Assembly: GCA_028281765.1 (NCBI GenBank)
Contig: JANQJF010000004.1
Location: 26,384-90,383, forward strand
Direction of reading: 5' to 3'
Origin: Planctomycetota bacterium
GTDB lineage: Bacteria; Planctomycetota; UBA1135; UBA2386
DNA length: 64,000 bases
Under the pieces are notes generated by a model. It did no database searches. It was not told the origin of the DNA and worked only from the letters and a program-made list of their open reading frames with translations. This document shows, piece after piece, positions 1 to 8,261 of the stretch (its first letter is position 1; each line of letters starts with the position of its first letter). Made by a program: the position numbers and the translations under genes.

Positions 1-929
1 GGCCGGCCCAGCTGCTCGCGCTCCTCGACAAGGCCGACCGACCGCTGCGCGCGACGGCGCTGGACTTCCTCGCCGAACTCGGCAGCAAAGAGGGTCTTCG
101 CAAGGTCTACGAAGACCTCGACGACAAGGACTGGGCGCTGCGCGCGGCCGCGTACGACTACTGCCGCGCGGTGCGTTCTTCGGAGTCGATCCCGCGCCTG
201 ATCCCACGCGTCGACCGCGAGTCCGGCCGGCTCCGAGAAGACGTGCTCGACACGCTGCAGTCGTTGACCGCGCGTCGCTACCAGACGTCCGCACACTGGG
301 AAGACTGGTGGCGCAAGGTCGACGGCAGCTTCGAGCTGATCCCGGACCCGAAGAAGGCGAAGAAAAAGCAGAAGGACAACAAGCGCGAGAAGGGGCGCAC
401 GGTCACCTACTACGACCTCCCGCTCATCAGCGAGCGAGTCACGTTCGTGGTCGACACGTCCGGCAGCATGAAGGCCAAGGTCGGCACGTCGAAGAAGCGC
501 ACGCGACTCGGCGAAGCGAAGCGGCAGCTGTCGAACGTCGTGCAGGAGATGGCGAAGAACACGAAGTTCAACCTCGTGTTCTTCGATCATGGCACGAAGA
601 AGCTCTTCAAGGTCGTCGCGGACGCCGACCGGGCGTCACGGGCCGAGGCGCTCGAACGAATCGAGAAAACCAAAGCCGGCGGCGGCACGAACGTCTTCGC
701 CGCGCTGCAGAGCGCGTTCGCGGATCCGGACATCGACACGATCTATCTGCTCTCCGACGGCTACCCCAGCGCGGGCGAGATCCAGGACGCGAACGCCCTG
801 GCCGACGAAGTCGCGCGGTGGAACCGCACGCGGCAGGTTCGCATTCACTGCATCGCGATCGGCGCGGACAGCGGGCTCCTGCGACGTCTCGCAGAGGAGT
901 CCGGCGGCAAGTACGCGCACTTCAAGTAG
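1..929 (+). CDS. HEAT-repeat + von Willebrand factor A (VWA) domain protein, 5' end outside window
   Basis: Frame 3 is open from nt 3 (PAQLLALLDKADRPLRATALDFLAELGSKEGL, DKDWALRAAAYDY: HEAT-like) and runs into the listed 171..929 ORF. VWA hallmarks: VTFVVDTSGSMK (MIDAS DxSxS), GGTNVFAALQSAF, IYLLSDGYPS. Confidence 0.8.
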   Translation, partial: PAQLLALLDKADRPLRATALDFLAELGSKEGLRKVYEDLDDKDWALRAAAYDYCRAVRSSESIPRLIPRVDRESGRLREDVLDTLQSLTARRYQTSAHWEDWWRKVDGSFELIPDPKKAKKKQKDNKREKGRTVTYYDLPLISERVTFVVDTSGSMKAKVGTSKKRTRLGEAKRQLSNVVQEMAKNTKFNLVFFDHGTKKLFKVVADADRASRAEALERIEKTKAGGGTNVFAALQSAFADPDIDTIYLLSDGYPSAGEIQDANALADEVARWNRTRQVRIHCIAIGADSGLLRRLAEESGGKYAHFK

Positions 930-2178
930 CGAGCAGCTGACCGAGCGAAGCCAGGCCACGCCGCAGTTCGTCGACGGGCGGACCGAACGAGAACCGCGCA
1001 AACCGTCCGTAGCGGCTCGAGCGATCGGGACGACGACGCCCCGGGTTGATATCGAAGAACACGCCGGGGACCACGATCACCTTCGCGTCGAGCGCCCGCT
1101 CGAACAGACCCGACCCCGTGTCGAGGCCCGCCGGCAAGCCCGAGAGATCCCCCCAGCAGTAGAAGCCTCCGGCCGGAGGCCGCGCGACCGCGACGCCGAG
1201 GTCGCGCAGCCCTGCGACCATGAGCTCACGCTTCACCGTGAAGTTCGCGCGGATCGCGCGCGCCTCGCGGTCGGCGAACTCCGGATCCAGCAGCGGTACC
1301 GCGGCCAGCTGCATCGGCCGCGCGCAGCCGCCGTCGAGAAAGCTGCCCGCCGACGCGATCCGCTCGATCACGGCCGGTGGCGCGATCGTCCACGACACGC
1401 GCAGGCCCGGGTATCGCCAGTTCTTCGTCAAGCCGTCGATCAGCACGACCGGATCGCGGTCGACGTCGTCGACGAACTCCGCGGCCGAGACCCACGGTCG
1501 CTCGGTTTCGTAGCTGTAGTGGGAGTAGAACTCGTCGAACACGAGCGTGCAGTCATGCTCCCGCGCCACCTCCGTCCACGAACGCAGCGTGTCGCCTCGG
1601 ATCACTCGCCCTGTCGGGTTGCACGGATTCGACAGCAGCACCGCCGACAGCCCGCGTCCGAGGATCTCGGCCTCGAGCTGCTGACTCGAGAATGCGTAGT
1701 CCGCGTCGGGATCCGTCAGCACCGGGATCGGCACGAACCGGCCAAACGCGTCGAGCAGCTCCTCGTACGCCGTATAGTCGGGCAGGAAGTGGCCGAAGTT
1801 GGTCCTCCCGAACGCGGACACGAGGCGGGTCAGGCCGAGCCTCCCACCGGCGCTGATCGCGACGTGGTCGCGGGTGTACCGCGTCCGCTTGCCCTGCCGG
1901 TAGCGCGCGTTGTAGAGCGCGGCGACGGCGTCGCGCAGCTCTGACAACCCCTCGACCGGAGCGTATTCGTGATCGTCCAGCGCGAGTTCGAGGTGCTGGA
2001 TCCGCTCGGGAGCCCCCGGGAGCGGCCCGATCTCGGGCGCGCCCTGCCCGAGATTGGCCCAGGCGTCGCGATCCTCGTCAAACCCGCGCCGCCCCGCCTC
2101 GTGCATCACGTAGATCACCCCCGTGCGCGGGACCGATCGGAAGCCCGGCGGCACCCAGGATTGCTCGCGTTGTTCCAC
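922..2178 (-). CDS. Class I/II pyridoxal-phosphate-dependent aminotransferase
   Basis: Motifs SNPCNPTGRV, DEFYSHYSY, LTKNWRYPGLRVSW. The first ~140 codons of the 558-aa ORF are Arg/Pro-rich and overlap the divergent M32 gene, so I trimmed the start to GTG 2178 (alternative ATG 2106). Confidence 0.8.
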   Translation of the reverse strand: MEQREQSWVPPGFRSVPRTGVIYVMHEAGRRGFDEDRDAWANLGQGAPEIGPLPGAPERIQHLELALDDHEYAPVEGLSELRDAVAALYNARYRQGKRTRYTRDHVAISAGGRLGLTRLVSAFGRTNFGHFLPDYTAYEELLDAFGRFVPIPVLTDPDADYAFSSQQLEAEILGRGLSAVLLSNPCNPTGRVIRGDTLRSWTEVAREHDCTLVFDEFYSHYSYETERPWVSAAEFVDDVDRDPVVLIDGLTKNWRYPGLRVSWTIAPPAVIERIASAGSFLDGGCARPMQLAAVPLLDPEFADREARAIRANFTVKRELMVAGLRDLGVAVARPPAGGFYCWGDLSGLPAGLDTGSGLFERALDAKVIVVPGVFFDINPGRRRPDRSSRYGRFARFSFGPPVDELRRGLASLGQLLAT

Positions 2179-2249
2179 GACCGGATTGTGGCACCGCACG
2201 GGTGCGATTCCCCGGCAATTCGCGGTGGTTCCAGGACCGTCCTCGTCGA

Positions 2250-2255
2250 TACAAC
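2250..2255 (+). promoter_or_regulatory. -10-like hexamer TACAAC, 6 nt upstream of GTG 2262 (candidate leaderless promoter)
   Basis: The sequence gaTACAACcgcaccGTG is an AT-rich hexamer in GC-rich DNA at a fixed short distance from the start codon. Confidence 0.35.
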
Positions 2256-2261
2256 CGCACC

Positions 2262-3758
2262 GTGACGACCGCCTACGAAACCCTGTTGGAGCGGACTCGC
2301 GAAGTCCACCTCCTCGAGTCCACCGCCGAGATCCTGTCGTGGGATCAGGAGACGATGATGCCCGCGGGCGGCGTCGAGCATCGCGCGAAGCAGATGGCCC
2401 TGCTGGCACAACTCTCGCACGAGCGCGCGTCGAGCGACGAGCTCGGGGACCTCCTCGCGACGTCCGCCGATGAAGCCGCAGGCGATGACGCGATCGCAAA
2501 CGTGCGCGAACTCCAGCGGGACTACGAAAGGCGCACGCGCGTCCCGGCGGCCCTCGTCGCGGAGATGGCGGAGACGACGAGCCGAGCCCAACATGCATGG
2601 GCCGAGGCTCGCGCGGCGTCGGACTTCGCGGCGTTCCAGCCGTGGCTCGACAAGGTCCTGCACCTGTCGCGACAGCGCGCGGAATGCCTCGGCGTGCCCG
2701 AGGGTGGCGAACTCTGGGATGCGCTCGCGGAGGACTTCGAGCCGGGGATGCGGGCGGCGTCCCTCGAACGCCTCTTCACGCCACTGCGTGAGAAGTTGTC
2801 CACGCTCGTTCGCGAGATCGGCTCGGCGACTCCCCCATCGAATCGCTTCAACGAACTCACGCTCCCGATCGAACAGCAGGAGGCTTTCGTCCGTTCGGTC
2901 GCTGGTTCGATGGGTTTCGACTTCGAACGCGGCCGGCTCGACCGATCCACGCACCCGTTCTGCGGCGGATCGCACTACGGCGACGTTCGCATCACGACGC
3001 GCTTCCACGATGACAATCTCGGCGACGCCCTGGGCTCGACGATGCACGAGGCCGGCCATGGTCTCTACGAGCAGGGGCTTTCCGCCGACCATCTCGGCAC
3101 TCCGCTCGGCAGCTCGGTGTCGCTCGGGATCCACGAGAGTCAGAGCCGGCTCTGGGAGAATCACGTCGGCCGCAGCGCCGCGTTCTGGCGATGGGCTCGA
3201 CCGCAGCTCGCCTCGACCTTCGGCGCGGCGGTCGCCGACTTCGACGAGCCGGAGCTGTTCCGCACGGCTAACCTCGTGCGCCCTTCGCTGATTCGGGTCG
3301 AGGCGGACGAGGCGACCTACAACCTCCACGTCGTCGTGCGTTTCGAACTCGAGCGCGCGCTCATCCGGGGCGACCTCACGACCGCCGACCTGCCGGCGGC
3401 TTGGAACGAGGCCTACGTGGACTGCCTCGGGGTCGAGGTTCCGGACGACCGTCGTGGCTGCCTCCAGGACGTCCACTGGTCGTGCGGGCTGGTGGGCTAC
3501 TTCCCGACCTACACCCTCGGCACGCTCTACTCGGCGCAGTTCTACGCGGCCGCCGAGCGGGCCATCCCGGATCTGGACGGCCACATCGAGCGGGGGGAAT
3601 TCGAGCCCCTGCGGGGCTGGCTCCTCGCGAACGTCCACTGCCACGGGCGGCGATTTTCGCCGGATGCCCTGTGCGCCCGGGCGACGGGAAGCGGCCTTGA
3701 TGCCGACGTGTTCCTGAGCTACCTCGAATCGAAGTTGCGTCCGGTGTACGGAATCTGA
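2262..3758 (+). CDS. Carboxypeptidase Taq-type (M32) metallocarboxypeptidase
   Basis: Motifs HPFCGG, HEAGHGLYEQG (HExxH), IHESQSRLWEN, and an N-terminal YETLLERTREVHLLESTAEILSWDQETMMP typical of M32. Start GTG 2262 is preferred over the listed 2202. Confidence 0.85.
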   Translation: MTTAYETLLERTREVHLLESTAEILSWDQETMMPAGGVEHRAKQMALLAQLSHERASSDELGDLLATSADEAAGDDAIANVRELQRDYERRTRVPAALVAEMAETTSRAQHAWAEARAASDFAAFQPWLDKVLHLSRQRAECLGVPEGGELWDALAEDFEPGMRAASLERLFTPLREKLSTLVREIGSATPPSNRFNELTLPIEQQEAFVRSVAGSMGFDFERGRLDRSTHPFCGGSHYGDVRITTRFHDDNLGDALGSTMHEAGHGLYEQGLSADHLGTPLGSSVSLGIHESQSRLWENHVGRSAAFWRWARPQLASTFGAAVADFDEPELFRTANLVRPSLIRVEADEATYNLHVVVRFELERALIRGDLTTADLPAAWNEAYVDCLGVEVPDDRRGCLQDVHWSCGLVGYFPTYTLGTLYSAQFYAAAERAIPDLDGHIERGEFEPLRGWLLANVHCHGRRFSPDALCARATGSGLDADVFLSYLESKLRPVYGI

Positions 3759-3803
3759 ACGATCCGCCCGGCCAAGACGGAGCCAAACCCCACATCCAAC
3801 CCG

Positions 3804-3809
3804 TATCAT
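3804..3809 (+). promoter_or_regulatory. -10-like hexamer TATCAT, 9 nt upstream of ATG 3819
   Basis: The sequence ccgTATCATcgcgccgacATG. The same CGTATCATC string precedes argJ. Confidence 0.35.
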
Positions 3810-3818
3810 CGCGCCGAC

Positions 3819-4370
3819 ATGAAAGTCGTCAGCATCCAACCCACTCCGAACCCGAACGCGTTCAAGTTTGTCCTCGACACGGTCGTCTGCCACGGCACGA
3901 AGAACTACGGCACGGCCGACGAAGCCGAAGGTCACGACCTCGCGGTGCAGATCTTCAAGATCGACGGCGTCGAACGGGTGTTCTTCTGCGACGCGTTCGT
4001 CACGGTCTCGATGACCCCGGACGCGGATTGGCGCGCCGTGCACGAGGCTACCACGCGGGTCCTCGAAGCCGCGGAGGGCGAGGCGATCGACGCCCGTGAC
4101 CCGAACAGTGGCCCGAAACTCGACGACCTGTCGGAAGATGCAGCAAAGATGCTCGAGCAGATCAACGTGCTGCTCGACGACCGCGTCCGCCCCGCGCTCG
4201 CCGGTGACGGCGGCGGCCTCGAAGTCCTGGGCCTCGACGGCAAGACGCTGCACATCCGATACGAAGGGGCCTGCGGCACCTGCCCCAGCTCGGTCACAGG
4301 CACCCTGATGGCGATTGAGAACTTGCTGCAGAGCGAGGTGGACGACGAGCTGTCGGTCGTTCCAGGCTGA
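3819..4370 (+). CDS. Nfu/NifU-type Fe-S cluster assembly protein (Nfu_N + NifU C-terminal domain)
   Basis: N-terminal IQPTPNPNAFKF (Nfu_N signature). C-terminal ALAGDGGGLEV..GACGTCPSS (NifU-like CxxC). Confidence 0.85.
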   Translation: MKVVSIQPTPNPNAFKFVLDTVVCHGTKNYGTADEAEGHDLAVQIFKIDGVERVFFCDAFVTVSMTPDADWRAVHEATTRVLEAAEGEAIDARDPNSGPKLDDLSEDAAKMLEQINVLLDDRVRPALAGDGGGLEVLGLDGKTLHIRYEGACGTCPSSVTGTLMAIENLLQSEVDDELSVVPG

Positions 4371-4438
4371 GACGGGCTCAACACGACCCTCGAGAAGTTC
4401 CGATAGATCGAACCCCGTCTCCAACGGGATTCGAATCC

Positions 4439-6721
4439 GTGACCGGCGCTTCCGTGTACTCCGATTCCGTAGCCTGGCGCCTGCTGGAAGGCAGCCCGCA
4501 TGGAGTCTTGGTATTCACACGCGAGCACGACGAGGCGCCGTTCGTCTGTGAGTTTGCGAACCCCGCGGCCACCGTTCACTTTCCCGGCGCGATCGACCGG
4601 ACGCTGCCGGGCGACTGGCCACGCGAGTCGGCAGATCTCGTGCGCAAGACCTGCGAACTCGCGTACGACATCGGCTTCCACACCGCGCAGCTGCTGATCG
4701 AAGACGGCTCGCACGCGTGCTGGGTGGAACTCGACGCGACGCGGTACGACAACGCGGTGCAGGTCTACCTGACCGACCTGTCGCCACTCGGTCGCGCAGC
4801 ACGAGACTACGCCGAGATGGACTCGCTCTTTCGCGAGGCCAACGATCTCCTCTGCGTGATCGGCCACGACGGCTACCTCAAACGGATCAACCCCGCCTTC
4901 CGCCGCGTGCTCCGCACGACGGAGAAGACGCTGCTCGGCACGCCGTTCCTCGAGCTCGTCGAGCCCGAGGATCGCAACCTCGTCATCGATGCGTTCGAAC
5001 ACGCCGTGTCCGGGTCCACGCCGAACGAGTTCGAGGTGCGCTTCCGAACGACTTCGGATGACGTGCGTTGGCTCGCGTGGAGCATCGCGCCGAGCGCGTT
5101 CAAGATGTACGCCGCGGCCCGTGATGTCACCGAACACCGCATCGCCGAGGAGGAAGCCCGCCGTCGCCACGACCGGTTCGAGCTCGCCGTCCACGGATCC
5201 AGCGCCGGCCTGTGGGACTGGGACTTGGTCACGGGTCACGTCTGGCGTTCGCCGAGCTTCCTGCGCATTCTGGGCTACGAGCCCGACGATTCATTCCCGC
5301 CGGTGCCCGAGGCGTGGGAGATTCGGCTGCACCCGCTGGACCACGAACCGATCCAGCTCGCGCTCGCGCGACACCTGGAGATGGACATCCCGTACGACGT
5401 CGAATACCGCCTCCGCACGAAGTGCGGCGGATACAAGTGGGTCCGCGCATGCGGCACGACGGTGCGGGACGAAGACGGCCAACCCGTGAGAATGGCCGGG
5501 TCGATCATCGACATCGACGCGCAGAAGCGCGTCGAGCACGACCTGGCCCGCGCCAAGACCGCAGCCGAAGCGGCAAACCGCGCGAAGAGCAACTTCCTCG
5601 CCAACATGAGTCACGAGATCCGCACGCCGATGACCGCGATCCTCGGCTACACGGACCTCCTCGAAGACGGCGACACGGACCCGGACGACCGCGCCGACTA
5701 CATCAGCACGATCCGCCGCAACGGCGACCACCTCCTCGCCCTGATCAACGACATCCTCGACCTGTCGAAGATCGAGGCGAATCAGATGGACGTCGAGTCG
5801 ATCTCGCTGTCCGTGCCGAAGCTCCTGGGCGATCTCGTCGAGTTGATGCGCGTCCGCGCCGAAGGCAAGGGCATCGAGCTCGAAGCGCGCTTCGCGACCG
5901 CCGTTCCGGTGGAGATCCTCTCGGATCCGGTTCGCCTACGTCAAATCCTCGTCAACCTGCTGGGCAACGCGATCAAGTTCACGGAGTCGGGGGCCGTGCG
6001 TCTCATCCTCGTGTTCGATCGCACTTCGACCTCCCGCTCGGTGCTGCGCTTCCGCGTCGAGGACACCGGCATCGGCATGTCGGCCGACCAGCTCGGCCGC
6101 CTGTTCCAACCGTTCTCTCAGGCCGACGCGTCGACGACGCGGCGCTACGGCGGCACGGGCCTCGGCCTGACGATCTCACGGCACCTCGCCCAGCTGCTGG
6201 GCGGCGACATCGAGGTCACGAGCCGTCTCGGCGCGGGTAGCACCTTCGACCTGGTCCTGCCGGTGCGCATCCACGAGGAGCCCGAGTTCGTCCACGAGCT
6301 GCCGGACATCCGGGAGCCGAAGAAGCCCGCGCGACGCCAGCAGAGCGAAGGCGTCGGCAGGGTCCTCCTCGCCGAAGACGGTCCCGACAACCAGCACTTG
6401 ATCGGGCACATCTTGCGTAAGGCCGGCTACCTCGTCGAAGTGGTCGACAACGGCCAGGAAGCGGTCGAACGCCTCGAAGCCGACGACAGCTTCGACGTCG
6501 TGCTCATGGACATGCAGATGCCGGTACTCGACGGCTACGACGCGACGCGGCTGCTGCGCGAGGATGGGTTCGAGCTCCCGATCATCGCGCTGACGGCGCA
6601 TGCGATGATCGGCGATCGGGAGAAGTGTCTCGCCGCCGGGTGCACGGACTACACGACGAAGCCGGTGCAGCGCACGGCGCTGCTGGCGTTGTTGGATGAG
6701 TACGTGACGAACGGGGCGTAG
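4439..6721 (+). CDS. Hybrid sensor histidine kinase (PAS - HisKA - HATPase - receiver)
   Basis: PAS-like segments; H-box NMSHEIRTPM; HATPase motifs GNAIKFT, DTGIGM, GGTGLGL; C-terminal receiver with LLAEDGPDNQ, DMQMPVLDGY, LTAHAM, KP. Confidence 0.9.
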   Translation: MTGASVYSDSVAWRLLEGSPHGVLVFTREHDEAPFVCEFANPAATVHFPGAIDRTLPGDWPRESADLVRKTCELAYDIGFHTAQLLIEDGSHACWVELDATRYDNAVQVYLTDLSPLGRAARDYAEMDSLFREANDLLCVIGHDGYLKRINPAFRRVLRTTEKTLLGTPFLELVEPEDRNLVIDAFEHAVSGSTPNEFEVRFRTTSDDVRWLAWSIAPSAFKMYAAARDVTEHRIAEEEARRRHDRFELAVHGSSAGLWDWDLVTGHVWRSPSFLRILGYEPDDSFPPVPEAWEIRLHPLDHEPIQLALARHLEMDIPYDVEYRLRTKCGGYKWVRACGTTVRDEDGQPVRMAGSIIDIDAQKRVEHDLARAKTAAEAANRAKSNFLANMSHEIRTPMTAILGYTDLLEDGDTDPDDRADYISTIRRNGDHLLALINDILDLSKIEANQMDVESISLSVPKLLGDLVELMRVRAEGKGIELEARFATAVPVEILSDPVRLRQILVNLLGNAIKFTESGAVRLILVFDRTSTSRSVLRFRVEDTGIGMSADQLGRLFQPFSQADASTTRRYGGTGLGLTISRHLAQLLGGDIEVTSRLGAGSTFDLVLPVRIHEEPEFVHELPDIREPKKPARRQQSEGVGRVLLAEDGPDNQHLIGHILRKAGYLVEVVDNGQEAVERLEADDSFDVVLMDMQMPVLDGYDATRLLREDGFELPIIALTAHAMIGDREKCLAAGCTDYTTKPVQRTALLALLDEYVTNGA

Positions 6722-6747
6722 GGGGCGCGGGCGCGGCGCGGGCCGCG

Positions 6748-6874
6748 TCCGGTACACGACGCAGGCCGCGACAAGTCGTCGCGAGGGACTCGCTGCTGGC
6801 GAAACGGATGCGCAGCTTCCGGCGAGCCAGCCCGAGCCCCGCCTCCGGTACACGAAGCAGGCCGCGACAAGTCG
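6748..6874. repeat. 31-bp direct repeat (6748-6778 and 6844-6874, 1 mismatch), 96 bp apart
   Basis: The two copies are tccggtacacgaCgcaggccgcgacaagtcg and tccggtacacgaAgcaggccgcgacaagtcg. The second copy is the left arm of the hairpin at 6838-6901. Confidence 0.8.
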
Positions 6875-6901
6875 CGGCCTGCTTCGTGTACCGGAGGCGG
6901 G
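6838..6901. terminator. 30-bp perfect-stem hairpin between the kinase gene and tRNA-Leu (bidirectional terminator candidate; no U-tract)
   Basis: Left arm cccgcctccggtacacgaagcaggccgcga, loop caag, right arm tcgcggcctgcttcgtgtaccggaggcggg. The right arm overlaps the tRNA 3' end by 13 nt. Confidence 0.55.
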
Positions 6902-6973
6902 ACTCGAACCCGCACACCCATTACAGGTAACGGATTTTGAATCCGTCGCGTCTGCCAATTCCGCCACTCCGGC
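6889..6973 (-). tRNA. tRNA-Leu (anticodon CAA), class II with long variable arm
   Basis: The reverse complement reads GCCGGAG-TG-GCGGAATTGGCAGACGC-G-ACGGA-TTCAAAA-TCCGT-(variable arm TACCTGTAATGGGTGT)-GCGGG-TTCGAGT-CCCGC-CTCCGGT-A. This gives the cloverleaf, a T-loop GTTCGAGTC and a CAA anticodon. No CCA is encoded. Confidence 0.9.
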
Positions 6974-6989
6974 GAGTGGTGCCGAGACC

Positions 6990-8261
6990 TTAGCCGGCGG
7001 CCGGATCGGGCGCCACCAGTCTCCGCACGGCTTCTTCCGTGATCTGACGCGCCTCGGCGGATCGGCCGCACAATTCGAGGACCTCCGCGAGCACGGCAGC
7101 CACCGAGGGGCTCATGCCGAGCTCCCGCGCGGCCTGACGCGCAGCGCGTTCGGCGCGGGCGGTATCGCCACGGCGCGCGTACTCACGGGCCACCAAGAGG
7201 ACGGCACCCTGCACCGGGCAGGCTTCGAGCAGCTCCCGCGGACTCACGGCACCCGGCTGTTCGTCGAGTAGCTTTGCAACCTGTTCGAGTCCCGTCGCCG
7301 ATCGAGTGCGCCCCCACTCGCGCACCGCGCCCTTCGCGTCCCCCTTCGCCAAGAGCGCGCGACCGAGCAACACGCTCGGGGCGGTCGCGTCCGGATCGAC
7401 CTTGTGCGCGCGCTTCGCAAGCGTGCGCGCCGCGTCGGGCTCGCCCTTCTCGAGAGCCGCGTCTCCGGCCTGCACGAGCACGTGGACGAGTCGGCGACGC
7501 TCCTCCGGCTGCCTGCGAGGACTCGCGTGCTTGTGCACCCGCTCCTGCAGCGACACGGCGCCGGTGAAGTCGCCGTTCTGAATCGCGAGATCTCGGAGCA
7601 TCGCCAGAAGGACCGTGTCATTCCCGAACTTGTCGAGGGCCGTCTCGATCTCGCGTCGCAGGGTCGCCGCATCGATCTCGCCCTGCTCGAGAAACGCCTG
7701 ACCCCGCAGCTGCGCGAGGCTGCGCTGTAGCTCCTTTGGCAAATCGCGATCTCGCACGCGCGTGAGCCACCGGATCGCCAGGTCGGCGTTGCCCTCGTCG
7801 AGCGCGATCCGCGCGAGCTTGAGCTTCGCGTCTTCGACGACCGCGGGGTATTCGGACGGCGGCACGCCGCGCGACTTCGCGACGCGTCGGAACGACTCCC
7901 GCGCGCGTCGCGGCTGATCCCCGACCAGGTGCGCGATGCCGTCGAGGTGGCGCCGCAGCACGAGCCCCGACCGCAGCTGTCGGATCCGCGACCGCAGCAC
8001 GAGGAACCCGACCGCCAGGACGGCGAGGAGCAGCACGTTCAGGAGCAGGAGTCGGCCTCCCGGCGACTCGAGCATCGGCGCGAGGAGGCGCGTGAACATG
8101 TCCACCCCCTTCTCGAACAGGCTCAGCACCGGCTCTAGGAGCGCGAGAACGAGGAGGATCGGCAGCGCGATGAGCAGCAGCCGAATCCACGGGTTCTTCG
8201 GGATCAGCGCCTTGAGCGGCCCCGTCACGACTTTGCCGAGCGTGTCACCCAGCTTGCCCAT
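6990..8261 (-). CDS. Membrane-anchored TPR-repeat protein
   Basis: Start trimmed to ATG 8261 (MGKLGDTLGKVV..). It has two N-terminal hydrophobic segments (IRLLLIALPILLVLALL, LLLLNVLLLAVLAVGFLVL) followed by TPR-like helical repeats. It overlaps the upstream gene by 17 nt. Confidence 0.65.
   Translation of the reverse strand: MGKLGDTLGKVVTGPLKALIPKNPWIRLLLIALPILLVLALLEPVLSLFEKGVDMFTRLLAPMLESPGGRLLLLNVLLLAVLAVGFLVLRSRIRQLRSGLVLRRHLDGIAHLVGDQPRRARESFRRVAKSRGVPPSEYPAVVEDAKLKLARIALDEGNADLAIRWLTRVRDRDLPKELQRSLAQLRGQAFLEQGEIDAATLRREIETALDKFGNDTVLLAMLRDLAIQNGDFTGAVSLQERVHKHASPRRQPEERRRLVHVLVQAGDAALEKGEPDAARTLAKRAHKVDPDATAPSVLLGRALLAKGDAKGAVREWGRTRSATGLEQVAKLLDEQPGAVSPRELLEACPVQGAVLLVAREYARRGDTARAERAARQAARELGMSPSVAAVLAEVLELCGRSAEARQITEEAVRRLVAPDPAAG

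Noticed and set aside
2115-4424. A 769-aa ORF on the minus strand spanning the M32 carboxypeptidase and Nfu genes.
   Set aside because: It is antisense to two genes with clear family motifs. Its composition is Arg/Ala/Gly/Val/Glu-rich with no recognisable motifs, which is the typical shadow ORF of GC-rich DNA.
6748-6973. The tRNA-Leu-adjacent direct repeat as attL/attR of an integrated element.
   Set aside because: No integrase, excisionase or foreign-looking genes flank the tRNA. The repeat is a copy of the hairpin arm lying beyond the tRNA's 3' trailer, not a direct duplication of the tRNA 3' end. The two copies are only 96 bp apart.
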